Assembly (NCBI RefSeq): GCF_025526975.1 | Contig: NW_026515692.1 | Coordinates: 186,001-250,000 of the forward strand | DNA: 64,000 nucleotides | Direction of reading: 5' to 3' | Source: Fimicolochytrium jonesii | Lineage: Eukaryota | Program-made: the position numbers and the translations under genes | The notes under the pieces: model-generated | What the model saw: the letters and a program-made list of their open reading frames with translations, nothing else | What the model was told of the DNA's origin: nothing | Databases searched by the model: none | Shown here: positions 47,540 through 60,682 of the stretch, one piece after another | How positions within the stretch are numbered: position 1 is the stretch's first letter | Layout of the letters: each line of letters begins with the position of its first letter

Positions 47540-49420
47540 AGCATATAAGATCGGGATTACATGCTGATTCTGGGACCAGACACCTGACGCCAAGGCTAGG
47601 AACCGAATTTCGGGACATGTCCTGAAATGCCGGTCAGTAAGAGTTGGTTGCAACTGCGGTCCCGTCCTGTTGAAGCGTGAAGCAACTGGCTGGACGGGAA
47701 ACCGCTCGGACTTAGCTGCTGAGTTGCGTTGAAGGCAGAGCAATGGATGAACGAGGAGCTGTCCAAACCGCAGAAGTTATGCTCTATTACGTACCTACCA
47801 AAGAAGCTCGCATCCTATACACAAACGCACACACCGTTGAGAATGCACATGTAGGACGAGCCAACTGGCACCTAGCCCCACTCCGAGAACGTTACCCATC
47901 CCACCAACACAGTGGGATGCGTGTTGGGGCATGCAGTGCTGATGCAGTGTCGAACACGTTTAGGGATGTACAGTATTGCTTTGTTTCCTTTCGATGAGCA
48001 ACACTTGTCCGAGGGGATTGTGGACCAACTTGTGGTACTGCTTGCGTGACAGAGCTTTTGGTCCAAACCCCGGCTTTGACAGTACGCTGCGAAAACCGAC
48101 ATTTTGCTTCCTCAGCACTGTGTATCATCGCTAAATGACAACATTATTGCAACGCAACAGAGCCGGGTACGGTGGGACGCTTAAGGTTAAACCTAAAAAC
48201 AAAATTGACAGCGTCGTCTTGTGCTGACCAAGTCTGTATGTACGACTTCCGCAATCCTCCATGCGTTATTTCGTATCACCTCCTCTCCGAGACTGCTATA
48301 TCTTAACTTCGGAGTGCAGACAGTGGACCATCCGAATCGAACGATTATCAAACCCGAGGCTGATTCTCGTTCAATCAATATTCCCTCATGGCTAGCACCG
48401 ACGATCGCCGCCAGGCGGCGGTGGAAGAGGGTGGCGGCGACACAACCAAAATCGCCGATCTTGCAGTCCGCTCCACCCGACATGAAGCCCACACGTACTT
48501 GCCTGCGGTTCCGCTGACCGTATTCGCGCCTATGCTTGTAATCGTCGCGCTGTTGGCGACGCTGATTCCAGTTAGGTGAATGACAGCACTTCGCTTCCTT
48601 GCTAGCGTCTCGAGCTTTTGCCAAGGCTTGCACTGTTTCATCAAGGGTCACTTCTCTGGTGTTGGGCGACGTAAAAGAGTTACAGCTTATATTTTCGTTC
48701 TCAGACGTTCAAGTTCCTGAGCGATGGCAGTACGGTAGCGGTCAACACGCTGAGCCACAACTATTTGGATACATTGATGGATCAGGTAAGTATTGGAGGC
48801 TTTCTTGCTGCTCTCGAGAAGATGCGAGCGAGGGCGGGAAAGTGCAGAGTGCCGTCCCATGGCTACAGCTTATACAGAGTCTGGTTTTGATCCGTGTCAG
48901 GTGTCCGACAAAATCTCTTTCGCAGTCAAACAATACATCCCCTTGGTGGAGGTTCTCACAGCATCGCCGAGCGTCGTCAGCACCTTCGCCGGAAGTATGT
49001 ATCGCTCACTTTGAGCGCCTGGAAAGGAATTCTCGAATGACGGCCTCTTACCTCCCCATTCGTTTTACTTTACGTAGCTGCACGCAATTTGAACACTGCC
49101 CCATGGGTGTCCGACATTATTCGAATGGAACTGCTATACGGCCTGGACACAATAGGCTGCACGCAGGCCGTGTGGAGGTCAGGCTTCAGGTTAGTCGTTC
49201 TGCGTTCCTCTCCGCATAGTGGCTGGAAATATTTTTCAAGCTGAAAACGATTTCGTAGTCCGGCTAACGTAAACGGGAACAATGTAACGACAGATACGGC
49301 TCAATTGGTGCAGGTAAGTAACTTCCCGCACGTTCGCGGAGGGTGCCACAAAGCGGCGGAACCGTTCGTCAATGCAGCAATTTCTAACCTCTTCAAAAGA
49401 TGTCCGCCTACAGGGCATAT
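47540..49420 (-). pseudogene. Heavily decayed protein kinase (TKL-like) remnant
   Basis: Collinear fragments REVTYLHQL..YIVPVY (~49300), LGDAVR..KGMYCL..KEIL (~48950), CKIGDFG (~48455) and CPEIRFLALASGVWSQ (~47600). HRD and APE motifs were not found. Confidence 0.45.
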
Positions 49421-49854
49421 GGAATGGGTTACGTGGTATACAAGAGCGACTGGGATGGTAAGTAGGGAAAGTGACTAGCTTTCCCTCACGTGAATTTGGG
49501 TACCCTGCGGAAAATGTCCTTCAACCCATCTCGTTCCCAGACCCGACCGCAAACACGTCGCTATACTTCATTGATAAAAAGGGTAAGTTCGTTCTCTCAC
49601 TGGCCGGAGCTCGTATGGAGTAACGGCGTCGAGGTTGACGTAGCGTTCAAATTTCACAATCAGCGTATACGATTCCAAGTACTCCCGCTGCGTATCAGCC
49701 AATCGCACAGTTCTCGATGGCGACGAATCAACAATTAGGCTTGCTGCCCGTCAGAAATCGTACCTACTGGAACGGTAGGATCGCGTCTCCTGCCGCTCAT
49801 CTTGCCCCGCTAGCCTGACTCCTCCTGTTTTGTCCTTGGGCGGCGTCCACAGCG

Positions 49855-51262
49855 TACGTTTCGAACTACAATACATTCCTAGCGTATGTGACGACACCGC
49901 ATTTCCCGACCGCGACGAGTCAATTACCGAACTATCACTGCTCTGCGGGTATACGGGTGGATACCACTTGGCATGACGTGCTTGCAGCCAATAAGCCGAG
50001 TCCTGACAGCGGTATGAATTTGCTCCTCATTTGTTTCTTCGCCCGATTGAGCTCAATGACAGTTTGCGGACATCTCAACGGAATTCAATTCCAATTTTTT
50101 CCCCGTCCGTTTACAGTGATTACACTCTTCAACCAAGCGCTGGTCAATGTTGCCAGCAGCAACACTTTTCCAAATGACACAGCGATTCAGAGCAACAATA
50201 AATTTATTCTTCCCGTCACCGATGCCCTGACCTTGGCGCTTCAGGCGACTGTGCGTAGTAAGTTCGGGACGTTCGACGACGTTGCCAGTGTCAAGCCGAC
50301 TAGATACGAAGATGTAGAGATCATCGGGTATCCAGGGTCTTGGGTAAGGCTTTGGACAATTCCTGGAAGGCAGTTTTGGAAGCGTTGACTGGAAATTGAT
50401 GACTTCTCCCAACCTTTCCTATGGCCCGATGATGACCTTCAGATACTACTCACAAAGCGGATATCAGTCAGTACATTCCCAGATCAGGACAATGGTAAAC
50501 TTGCCCATGGTGTGCTTAGTAGGTTGATGATAATCGTCGACGGCTAAATGTTTTTTGGCGCGACCTCCTCGTAGTGCTCGTGCTAGCCATTCCACGAGAA
50601 GTTGTAAGTTGACTATGACCAGTATGACACCACTTCCCATCCATTCCTGTTCACTCACAAGCTCCACTGTCATCCTTTCATTCAGGTGTACGGCGCTACG
50701 GACGCAGCCTGGAAGAAAGCTATTCGTGTTTCTATCGGGGTCGCTGTAGCTTTAGCCGTTGTATCGGCAATTGTTTTCGTTTTCGCGGTGTTACCGCTGT
50801 TCAAACTTGCGCGGGCAATGGCGGTGGTTACGACCTTGGATTTCAGCACATTGGAAGAGTCGAATGTAAGGGTTCCCGTGGGAAGCACAACGTCAGTCAT
50901 TTTTTGACCATCATACTATAGGTTTTGGATGAGCGCAGTGTGTTCTCGGAGATCCGACGAGTTCAAATTGTGTTCTCAACGGTACGTTGAATGTCGCTGT
51001 AAAGTGATATTGCTCGTGTAGAGATGCCGCTCCTGCGCTTCACTCACCGTCTGCACATTTATCCGCTCCTCCCGTAATTACGACCAGATGGTCAAAGCTT
51101 TGTACGTACTCTGCAAACCCATCGGCTATACTCCCATTCATACCATCACTAACGCGCTAATGCATCCTGCTCTACAGTGCGGGCGCCATAAAGAAGAATA
51201 AAGAAATGTCGGCCGGACCTCGGCACCGATCCATTAGCAAGCACCAGACCAGCAGTCACTGA
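49855..51262 (+). CDS. Multi-exon membrane protein: extracellular (Cache-like?) region, TM helix, HAMP domain and short tail; 5' exons unresolved, possibly decayed
   Basis: TM SIGVAVALAVVSAIVFVFAVL, then PLFKLARAMAVVTTLDFS / VLDERSVFSEIRRVQIVFST / MVKAF / AGAIKKNKE, joined across GT-AG introns. TGA at 51260-51262. Confidence 0.65.
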
Positions 51263-51867
51263 GAGGTTGCTGATGCTCTTCGTCCCTGCATCCTAAGGCT
51301 TATCACGGTTCGCCTAATGAATGTCGTTCATTGTGCTACATTTTTCCAGTTCTATGTTCTAAGTTTCTAAGTTGACTCGAGTTTTCTGCTGTGTGTCTTT
51401 GTCAATGAAATACAAGTGGCTGCCGACTGTGGAGTCACGAGCCTGAACAAAAATAAAACAGAGAAGGGTCCTCGTCGAGATCTGTTACCCTTTCCGTTCT
51501 CTCCCTTCCGACGTCCTCCTCGACGTCATAAAAGGACTTTACGCCGCCACCTACCGGCGAATGTGGGTCCTGCGTTGGTCGTGCCATATGGAGAGAAGAA
51601 TCAAGAACATGGAGAAGACTGTACTGCTGTCTCTCGGTAACTCTCGCTATTCCCATTTCTACCGCTACTACGGACACCTCCGTCCGTGTTCTCCATGTGG
51701 GCCTGCACGGCACCACATGGAAGAGAGAGGGGCTTACACCACGCCAATGAGGACATACTGAAGCTGATTGAAACCATGAGGAGCCACTATCATTTCATTG
51801 CCATTCAACCACCGGGCCAACGGAGAGCAGGTCCGATTTCAGACCTGGTTTAAACCTTATGCATGCA

Positions 51868-51919
51868 CTAACCCTAACCCCTCCCCCCCCCCCCTCCCCA
51901 ACCCTAATCCTAACCCTAA
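51868..51919. repeat. Interstitial telomere-like (CCCTAA) repeats split by a poly-C tract
   Basis: ctaaccctaacccc...ccccaaccctaatcctaaccctaa; a shorter patch lies at ~47372-47385. Confidence 0.6.
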
Positions 51920-53164
51920 GGGTGGTGCCATGATGGGAAGAAGGGTGGGAATGAGGGGGGACAGTGGATGACAATGATATGTGGATGTGTCACGAGCGAT
52001 GTGCAGCGAAGGGGGACGCAGCCTTCGGCATACTGTTGTGCTGCCAGTCTGCCAAGACAAAACGCTCACCCGGACCCTCTGTAGCTGCTTTCTATGATTC
52101 GAACACAACAGCTTTCTATGATTCGAGCACAACACATACGTCTCCCTACACTCAGATGTAATGTAGACTGGCGTCTGCAGGGCTCAATAAGGTGATATCC
52201 GCATATACTGCAGCGGCATCGAAGTATAGACGGACTGGATGGTGTAGTTCGCTGCTATTCCGTGCTAGTAGAGAGGTACTTGGTTCAAGGAATAGGAAAC
52301 GAGCTCCATCATCTCTCAAGAGCTCCGCAAACCGTGTGTCATGGCTCTTGAAGAACACGCTGAGTGTGACTTAACGCGTGGCACCCGGCCATCCACATCA
52401 CTCCCCTCAGATTCTACGATGCCTCAAGCATGTACAGTATGAATATCTCTTATGATGTCCGGGGTCCACCCTAGCAGACCCGTATGACATTGCTCTCGTC
52501 AATATCACAGCCTGGAATCGGTTAGTCCTATGCATGTCTGCTACCGATAAGGCATGTACACTGTGAAAACAGCAGTTGTGCCGAGCACGTTGCCTGTTTA
52601 TGCGTTGACTTTCCGTCAACTAGGTGACCCGTGGCAGGGAGCACCACCTATGTACACCTGCAGATACACACCACCAAGCTCTTGGATGATCAGTCCAAAT
52701 CGCCCATCACGGCGGTACTCGTGAATGCATTCACTGATGCGGGTGTTCTGAACCTCTTGGGACGTATACGTATCGTTTTGCAAATAGCACGTTGCAATCC
52801 TATCACAGTTTCGACGTATCTCGCTTGGCCCGCCCAAATGATTGTTCTGCCCTACATATATAGCCTACGTGCCGCTGTGTGACTAGTGGCAATTCCTATT
52901 GTACAAAGGATGATCCTGCCATGAGGGTGGAAGACGGACGGGGGGTTTTGCATACAGAAGCCAGGCACTCTGACAATCAAGGCGATGGATCGGCGATGAG
53001 TTTCCAGTTTGCTGAGGGGCCAGTGTGCCTTCGCCCGGGTTGAAAACTGGAGGATGTTGGAGCCTTCCGTCGCCGGATCTTTAGACTGAAGGTAATCGGT
53101 CCAGACACTGGGTCCCACTCAGTATCGCTCCGAAGAATTGCGTCTCAGATAACCCAAATCAACC

Positions 53165-54965
53165 TCATTCGTTCTCGTACTCGTCGTCATCATCGACACC
53201 CTGTTCTTGAACCTGATCCAGCTTCGCTTGTAGCGGCGGCATCTCATCCGGGTGGATGTCCAAGGCCTCCCCGATGTCCCCATCAATTGCGGTCCCACTC
53301 TCCCCACGGGCCTCGGGCCCCCCGCGCACGCCATCCCACCCGCTCCTCTCCCCTCCAATCTCTCTCATCCTCCTCCTCCTCCTTTCAACCCTCTCCAAAT
53401 CCAGCCACTCAAACAGCCCACAATTCACTCCCGGCTTGACCCCTTTGCCTTCATTCCCGCCCCCTGCACACATATAAAAATACCTCCCCAACGAACTCTC
53501 CCTCTTCAACACCACCCTCAACTCCGCCGGATTTCCACATTTGCACACGGGTATCGCTTCCTTCGCTCTGTACTCGTCGCGGGCGACGCGGAAGGTGAGG
53601 TTGATGCGGGTGGAGCCGGAGATGGGGTGTGGGATGAGGTGAAGAGGGTTGGTGAGTTTGGGGATGGAGTGGCGGTAAGATTCTTGGGTGGGCGGATGCA
53701 TGATGAGGAGGGAGTTGTGCGGGAGGGGGATGTTGTAGGTTTGGGGTGGGGGTGTGGAGGTGGGTTGGGACGTACTGGATGTGGGGATTGCGAGACGGCG
53801 GAGGCGGAAGGGACGGGTGGCGCCGAGGGTTAGGGAACCAATGGTTGGGCGGGGGCCGATGTATGTCAGCTGTCTTGGAAGAGTGAGATTGGTGTAGACG
53901 GGAGACCCATGACAAGAGAATGGGACCATACCCGATCCGTATGAGCTCCAACACCATCCGCGATCCCCTTATAACAATTCGCCACGACGATATTGGAATC
54001 CCACTCCCCTTGAACCTCCATCTTCTGCCGTGGACCGCCCGGAGCTTCCCCTCTGTCTCTTGCCAGCATTCTCTCATTGACGCGTTGAGCGATGATCTTG
54101 CGAGCCTCGGCCATCTCGGGGAATATATGCCGAACGTCGGTTGTCTTCTTGCCCCCGTAGTAGAAGTCGGTGTCGGGGATACCGTACGGGGCGGAGTCTG
54201 TTGCGGTGGAGAGTGGTGGTGTGGTGTAGAAGCTCGTAAGATGTGGTGACTCGACCTCTGTGGGAGGGTGACGATGATCAGCGATTGGTCAAAGTGTGCG
54301 GACATCGAAAAGGAGGCGTGGGTTGCGAGCATGAATGCTCGCTATCGCTCGGTTCACCTACCTCGATCGAACAGGACAAAACGGCGATTTCTCCAAGTAG
54401 TAGCCTCATCCATTAGTTTCACCAGCAGGGCGTTTGCTAACCCATCGGGAAGCACGTCGTGGAAAAGTTCACAAGGAACATGTTGGGCGACATTATCCTT
54501 GTTCAGCGTGATGGGTGCAGTTTTCAGACCGTTGTCTGCATTTTTAGCCGAGAGGAGATCGAAGGCGTTGCGAAGTGGCACTTTTGGTGTCTGTGGGGAG
54601 ACGGGGGCTGCGGAGGAAGCAGGGGTATCTGAGGATTCGACTTCAACTGAGCAGAGTTCATCCGGTGACGCTGGCGCTCCTAGTTCGTCGGCTACCCGCG
54701 GTTTCTTTGCAGGTTCGCGGCCATACGGGACAAAGAATTGGGAGATGCTGGCAGGTCTCTTGCTCTTCCCTGTACTTCCTGGGCGGCCGCTTGCCTGCTT
54801 CTGCTGTTCTTCGACAGACTTTGTGTCTTCGCTCAAGAGCGCCTCGATTGTGTTCTGCACGTCACCATTGCATTTGCGGAGAGCGGAAAGGAGTTTGGCC
54901 TCTGAGTGGGTGGGCGAGTCGAAGATGCTGAGGAGGACGGCGAGAGCGGCGTCCTCGCTTTCCAT
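53165..54965 (-). CDS. AlkB-family 2OG-Fe(II) dioxygenase with N-terminal CUE-like domain and C-terminal GRF zinc finger; exons 54965-54362, 54257-53932, 53869-53165
   Basis: Spliced protein reads REVESPHLTSFY, ANCY..GVGAHTDR-LTYIGPRPTIGSLTLG, LPHNSLLIM..YRHSIP, RINLTFR and CKCG..GRYFYMC..C.LFEW. Introns are canonical GT-AG. Confidence 0.92.
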
Positions 54966-55550
54966 TCGAACGGAAGGGCGGTGCTAGTGAGTGAGAGAGA
55001 TTAGATTGGTTTAAGAAGTGATAAGTGGGTTCCGCGGCCTTCTTACTGGGCCCACGAGACGAACGAGAAAAGTGAGAAGAGAGAGCCAGACACCTTCCGG
55101 ACATCCTTTCCAAATGGGCAACGCGTCACGTAAACCGACAGCGTTTCTCCCTTCCTCCCGCGTCCTGTCAATCCAACCGCTGGACCCAACCAGCCAGTCA
55201 TCCACGCAAACGGCAATACCGATGTGCTTTCCTTTGTGCACTTGAGGTGGATCAAGCTCAAGCGTAACCTTGCCAAGCAAGACGGCACGCGACCCTTAGG
55301 CGGTCAGCTCCTCATACTCTCGCCCTGATCTCCCGCGTCACACCGCACGTCAGCTTAAGCTTCTTACTTCAATGCGACACCTCCAAACGAGCGGCCGCAA
55401 AGGGTGAGAGGTCCCAGTCCAAACTGCCCTGTGATCATGACAATGGGGCTTCCCAAATGCCGTGCTGGTGGCTGAGGAAACAGGGCTTGCGGTGGGGGTG
55501 GGGTAGGGCCAGCGTGAGCGTCCTCAGAAAAAGTGAAGCCCGGCGCGGGG

Positions 55551-55557
55551 TATAAAA
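55551..55557 (+). promoter_or_regulatory. TATA box upstream of the secreted-protein gene
   Basis: TATAAAA about 120 nt upstream of ATG 55675. Confidence 0.5.
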
Positions 55558-55674
55558 GGGACGGAATGGACGTGCTGCATCCCATCGTTTTCCAAACATT
55601 CAAGCAATCAAAGTCATCTGGCAAGATCAACATCTAACCATCTATTTCGAAGACCTCAAGCGCCATCCAAAGCC

Positions 55675-56265
55675 ATGATCTCCATCCTCTCCCGCCTTTA
55701 CACCTTCCTCCTCCTCCTCGCCCTCCTCACCCTCCTCCACGCCCCACCCACCTCCTCCGCCCCCTCCCTTACCATCCGCCGCATCACCCGCCGCCAATCC
55801 TCAGGCAGCGGCAGCGCAACCGTCTCCGGTCACCGCACCGACGACAATTCCCCCCCGACGTCCACCAAGTGCACCATCGGCGCCGACCCCTCCATCAAAA
55901 AACCCACCTACGGCAACTGCACGACCGCGCACAAGTCTCAACTCGCCGACTGTGACTCATCCGACTCCTCCTGCACCGACGCCGCCACTCAACGCCTCGA
56001 GAACTGCGGGCTCCTGTGCACAACCACCGACGAAGCCGTCACAAAATGTGCCAAGCAGTGCGAAAAGATCTGGGAGCGGTTTGAGAAATATGTGTGTAAA
56101 CCCATCTTGGGCTCCAAGGATGGCGGGAAGGGACCGCATGGTGCTTGTCAGAATTCGAATTGGGAGCAGTTGGGGGCTTGTCAGGATATCTGTGTAAAGT
56201 TCCATGCGGGGTTGGGAAACGTCACGGGGTCGGCGGGGAGTGGAAGTGGAAACGGCAGCGGCTAG
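55675..56265 (+). CDS. Small secreted cysteine-rich protein (196 aa, 12 Cys)
   Basis: Hydrophobic signal peptide, Kex2-like RR sites (IRRITRRQ), repeated CxxxC spacing and an AAGCCATG start context. Confidence 0.8.
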   Translation: MISILSRLYTFLLLLALLTLLHAPPTSSAPSLTIRRITRRQSSGSGSATVSGHRTDDNSPPTSTKCTIGADPSIKKPTYGNCTTAHKSQLADCDSSDSSCTDAATQRLENCGLLCTTTDEAVTKCAKQCEKIWERFEKYVCKPILGSKDGGKGPHGACQNSNWEQLGACQDICVKFHAGLGNVTGSAGSGSGNGSG

Positions 56266-57203
56266 GAAGGATCGAGTCGGATGGCGGATGGCACCGTCGA
56301 TGCGTCGTGCCGGTTTCCTCATTGCAGGATCCGAGCCCGTCCCCGCTTTGCGAGACCTTCTCATTCCGGCTCTCGATTCCCCCCAACCCAGAGTCATCCA
56401 ACTTGTAGTTGTCCATGTCGTGTAAATCACAGCATCTGTCCATGTTGTAACTTATTCCATGTATGTTGTCATCTAAGAAAAAATAGTCATCTCCGTTGTA
56501 TGCCTCCCTTGTAGAGTTGACAAGCTTGGGAACAACGATTTTTTCCTTCGTACATGTTCCACGATAACATATTCTACACGTGTATTCACGGTGTCCACAC
56601 CCACGCAGAGCGATTGATTCCCGCACAAACACCCATGCGCTATCTATCCTCGCCCTATCGTTCCTGAAGCTGTCAGGCTCCTCACTGGGTCGGCTCCGAT
56701 CGCTACCATTCCCAGATCCCTAGACTAGGTGTCTAAGCATATCGGGTATGCGCCCCGGCGCTACGCCGTGAACGGGTGCATGGCGACGGCCACCCGACGC
56801 AACCGTCCCTCCCAACTATGCCTCAGTTCCCAACAATACGCGTGCACGGGCCGCACTTGATTTCCATGTGCGATTATTCGCATGTGGGGTAAGGCGCTCA
56901 CCCGGAAGGAGTGCAGGTACATGTCGCCCGTCTGGACGCCGTCTTCCGATGCATGAACCCGCTCCTGGGGTCAAGACAGCCTATCCTTCGCGCCGTCTTT
57001 CTGGGAGACTGCTCGAGGCAATCGGGGGAAGACACGCTTGATAAGGTTGCGTTGTGCTTGCCTAAAAGCTGGGCCACAGGTTCCCGCCGTCGGGAAATGG
57101 CCGTACTCTATTATCTAGCGCTTCGTTGTGCTGCAGCTCGGGTAGCCCAGAGACCGCCGTCCACACGGCCCGCGTCTTCCCATCTCTATCCTAGACTGAC
57201 CCT

Positions 57204-58211
57204 TCATTCCATCATCCTCTCCAAAACCCCGCGGATCTCCTTCCATCCGTCCTCCGCAACATGCACCGTTCCCCATTCCCACCCGTCCTCCCCATCCCCT
57301 CCCTCGCCCGTCCTGGCACCGCCCATCAACGTGGTCAAAGGCCGCACAGGAATCCCAAACCGCTCACACGCGGACGCGACGGACGCGGACGGCTGGATGA
57401 GGATGCCGAGCCCAGCGTGCGTGAGCAGCGGGAGGTCCGAGACACTGTCGCCGATTGCGACGGCGGTACGTAGGTGGGTGGCACCGGTGCGGTCTGCAGT
57501 GGTGGGGTCCTGCCCATCAAAGTGTCTCGCTGCCATGTATTCAGCGACCCGATGCAGTTTGTCCACCCCCGTAACGCACACCTGCCTGATCAGCCCCGTC
57601 GACACTTCCCCGCGATCCTTGTCCCCCGCCTCGAAAACCAGACTGTTCGAAATGACCATCACATCACCTTCGCTCCCCCCCGCGGCGGCATCAACAGTCC
57701 CCTTTATCAGATCGTCGGACCAATTCACAGAACACACAACCACATCCTTTCCCGCAGATCTGAACACCTCCACGACATCCCACCACCCCTCCCGCGTCTC
57801 CACACTCGCCCCCGCCTGCCGCATCGCCGCGCGCGTGGCACCGGCAAGCACCCGTGAAGCCGCGACGCGGGCGATGGAGGCGGACTCGACAGGTGTGAAT
57901 GATTGCAGGTAGTCTGTCAACGCTGAGGGTGAGCCTGAAATCGTTGCCGTGGAGTTGGCGCTTGGGTTCGTTTGCAATGTAGCTAACGCGGCGGTACGTT
58001 CGTAATCGTCGAGGTATTGCGAGACCAGAGCGTCCCATTGTTGGTGTTGCCGCTTGCAGGCGCATACTTCGTTCGGTGGCGAGGACGGTGGTCGGTTTCC
58101 TGGGGAGGAGCAGGTGCACGGAGCACAGGCCACGGCGCTAAGGAGATGGAGGGTGTCCTTTTGAGTGATGGTGCCATCGTAGTCGAGGATAAGCGTTGTG
58201 AGGAGCGGCAT
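57204..58211 (-). CDS. HAD-superfamily hydrolase (Cto1/thiamine-phosphate-phosphatase-like), 335 aa
   Basis: Motif I LDYDGTIT, motif II CSVNWS, K in TGVDK, motif IV IGDSVSDLPLL. Confidence 0.88.
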   Translation of the reverse strand: MPLLTTLILDYDGTITQKDTLHLLSAVACAPCTCSSPGNRPPSSPPNEVCACKRQHQQWDALVSQYLDDYERTAALATLQTNPSANSTATISGSPSALTDYLQSFTPVESASIARVAASRVLAGATRAAMRQAGASVETREGWWDVVEVFRSAGKDVVVCSVNWSDDLIKGTVDAAAGGSEGDVMVISNSLVFEAGDKDRGEVSTGLIRQVCVTGVDKLHRVAEYMAARHFDGQDPTTADRTGATHLRTAVAIGDSVSDLPLLTHAGLGILIQPSASVASACERFGIPVRPLTTLMGGARTGEGGDGEDGWEWGTVHVAEDGWKEIRGVLERMME

Positions 58212-59869
58212 TTGCGACTAGGGCATAAGTTCAGTTTGTTTTGTGCGATAGAATTCGACGGGGGAGTCAGTTCATGGAGGGACGGTTATGTTACAGTGAA
58301 TGGGGCCGGGTCCAGCACTAGTCATTAGTCCCCCACGAGTAGGAGGTGTGCATGGGCCCATCCGAAGCTTGAAGCCAGGCGAGACTCAGCGCCGACATAC
58401 GCTTCTCTTCCCCGTTTTGCCATGCCCTTTTCCACATAGACATCTCTTCTTGCAACCCCACGGCCTCTACACACAGGCAGCGGCCACCCCAGGTGATTGT
58501 GGTAGGATATGTGCGCCAGAGGCCGCTCTTCAAAACTGTCTCATTACATTTTTTTATTTTCTCTTAAAAACAAAGAAATGCCTATGTTAATTTGCTTCAA
58601 TGTCAAAGATAGAGGGCTCCTCCTCGCTTTCCTCTCCCACAACGCCAACCCGACTCCACTCTTGCACCTTGCTGTTGCAATCTGCGACAACAGCCTCTAC
58701 ATATTATGTCCTTGGTGATAGCAAAGCAGTTCAGGCACTTGCGCTGCTTGAACATCGCTCGAACACTGCTGCGGTGATGGCAACAACCGCAAGAAAGGGG
58801 CTGGCAGGGGGTGTTACAACTGGCGTTGATGTTGCATGGGAACGCACCTTGAGTAATGTCAATGTGATTCCCAAGCTTGACTTTGATCTGACCTTGTGCA
58901 TTAGGGCGTCGTTGTGCGAGGGGGATGACCACCTTGCCCAGCAGCAGACCAGCGATACGGCCTGGTGGTTACCGGATTCTTGCCAGCCGTTTTCGAATCC
59001 TTCTCATAGGCAGGGCCACCACTGTCTCTATTATAGGCAATGATCTGCTGAAGAATGATGAGGAGCTTGTCCGCGGCAACCTGGAGGTTGCACTCCTGAT
59101 CTTTGCGAAATTGGAACAACGACTTCCCGGCGATCGTTCCGCGGAGCTTTCTTGGCGAAGATTCAGTACCGCCCCTTCCTGAGCATCGGCTTCTTGGAGG
59201 GCAGCTTTGAACATGACTCGCTGCTCGGCTTGATTGTGCTGCATCGTGGGATGGATGAGGGGACGAATGACTGAAGTTTTTGACGGCATCTGCGGTTGCC
59301 TGGTCTCGTCCTGACGCTTCGAGCTAGCGATGAAACAAAATAACGATGCGGTAAGCGGCTGAAGTAAACCTTCGATGAGGGACTTCATCGGGAATGGGCC
59401 ACTTGCAGGGAAAAAGCCGGACGGATCGTTCAGACGGGAAGTACGTCGTTGTGCAGACGAGTTCCGAACTCGGAGGACCCCCCACCCCAACGAGAATCCA
59501 TGGAGACTCTTCAATCTCCTACCCAGCGCTGCTACCTTCGCATTGCACCTACGTCTACTTTAGGGCTCTGATGAAAAGACAGATCTGCAGACCTCGCTAA
59601 CTTGTACGGTCTCATCAACACGAAGGCTGTCGTGGCCTACTTCTTAGATATTGGGGTGATTGAGAAATGCGGGCAAATCATGGAAGAAGGTTTCGTGGGA
59701 TGGTTTGCGCAAGCTTTTTTGCACATCTTTGTAGGAACCGTGGTTTTAGTCCATAGCCAGCGCATTCCACAGGCGTTACACTCGAAGTGACCCGTCTTTG
59801 CGGCCGGACTATCCATCGGCGTAGTCGATTAGAGCGGCTTCAGCGTGCCGATTCAGACGCGATACTTCG

Positions 59870-60000
59870 AAATCGCCATGTTCACAGCGTGGACGAGAAT
59901 TGATGGGAACAACTGTCGGGCAACAGCTGCAGTTGACGTTCAGTTTCTTCCAGTCCTTCTCGGTAAGCGCCACGAAGCACTTCGGACAGCTTTTTAACGG
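59870..60000 (-). pseudogene. Second copy of the Cys motif found in the adjacent F-box protein
   Basis: CPKCFVALTEKDWKKLNVNCSCCPTVVPINSRPRC versus HPKCFAALTEYDWEASHTNCSHCPTGTAINSRPDC. Confidence 0.65.
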
Positions 60001-60682
60001 AGGGCGTTTGGAGCCAGTACTGAATAGTTCTTCGGCGGCGACGGTGGCTTCCAGTGAAGAGATAGCTCACAATGTGCTCAGTGCGCCGACCTGAGACGAG
60101 TATTCATTTCATTGGGACGGGTATTCTCTCCATTTTAGGTATGTACAGTATAGACATAACAGATGAGATTGTTCGAGTACTGATGATTACTGTACTGCAT
60201 ATGAGGTTGATTTCTTGATTTCCGTAAGCTCGACTTACTTTTCAAGGGAGGGCAGTGTTTAATAGATGTGAGGGGCAAAGGGCATATTTCCTTTTTCCCT
60301 AGTAAGGCAGCCGTGCTTCTAAGGGCAACGTTCTTGCGTATATACGCCGCATGTGCATGTTCGCCATCGCCTAAATGATGGATCCGGTTTTCTTTGTGCA
60401 AATCTTCGCGCACATTCTGGTGGGCAGACCATAGGAGCAATGAGTGCTCTTATCCGTCGGCCAGCGCATTCGACAGGTGTCACACTCCCAGCGACCCCTC
60501 CCGAACTTTCCGGGAATTGCTATCAGCAAAGTAGATTAGATCGAGGCCTGCCAGCGCACCCTGCGATTGAGAAGCTGGAACAAACTTACCGAGGCATGAC
60601 CCGTATAGGTAAACTTGGAGAGTAGAGACAGGGAATAAAAGATCGGAGTCAGATAAGGCATCCCCCTACCTAGAACATTTGA

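Noticed and set aside
46414..47548. Long plus-strand ORFs (184 and 330 aa)
   Set aside because: Low-complexity Pro/Ser/Arg composition typical of shadow frames in GC-rich DNA; no motifs.
52087..52134. 24-bp tandem duplication (and a 10-bp triple repeat near 63573)
   Set aside because: Simple slippage duplications with no associated structure.
53165..54965. AlkB gene as a demethylase partner of the TE methyltransferase
   Set aside because: It is ~42 kb away, an ordinary intron-containing fungal CUE-AlkB-GRF gene, with no evidence of linkage.
56911..57912. 333-aa plus-strand ORF
   Set aside because: Antisense shadow of the HAD hydrolase.
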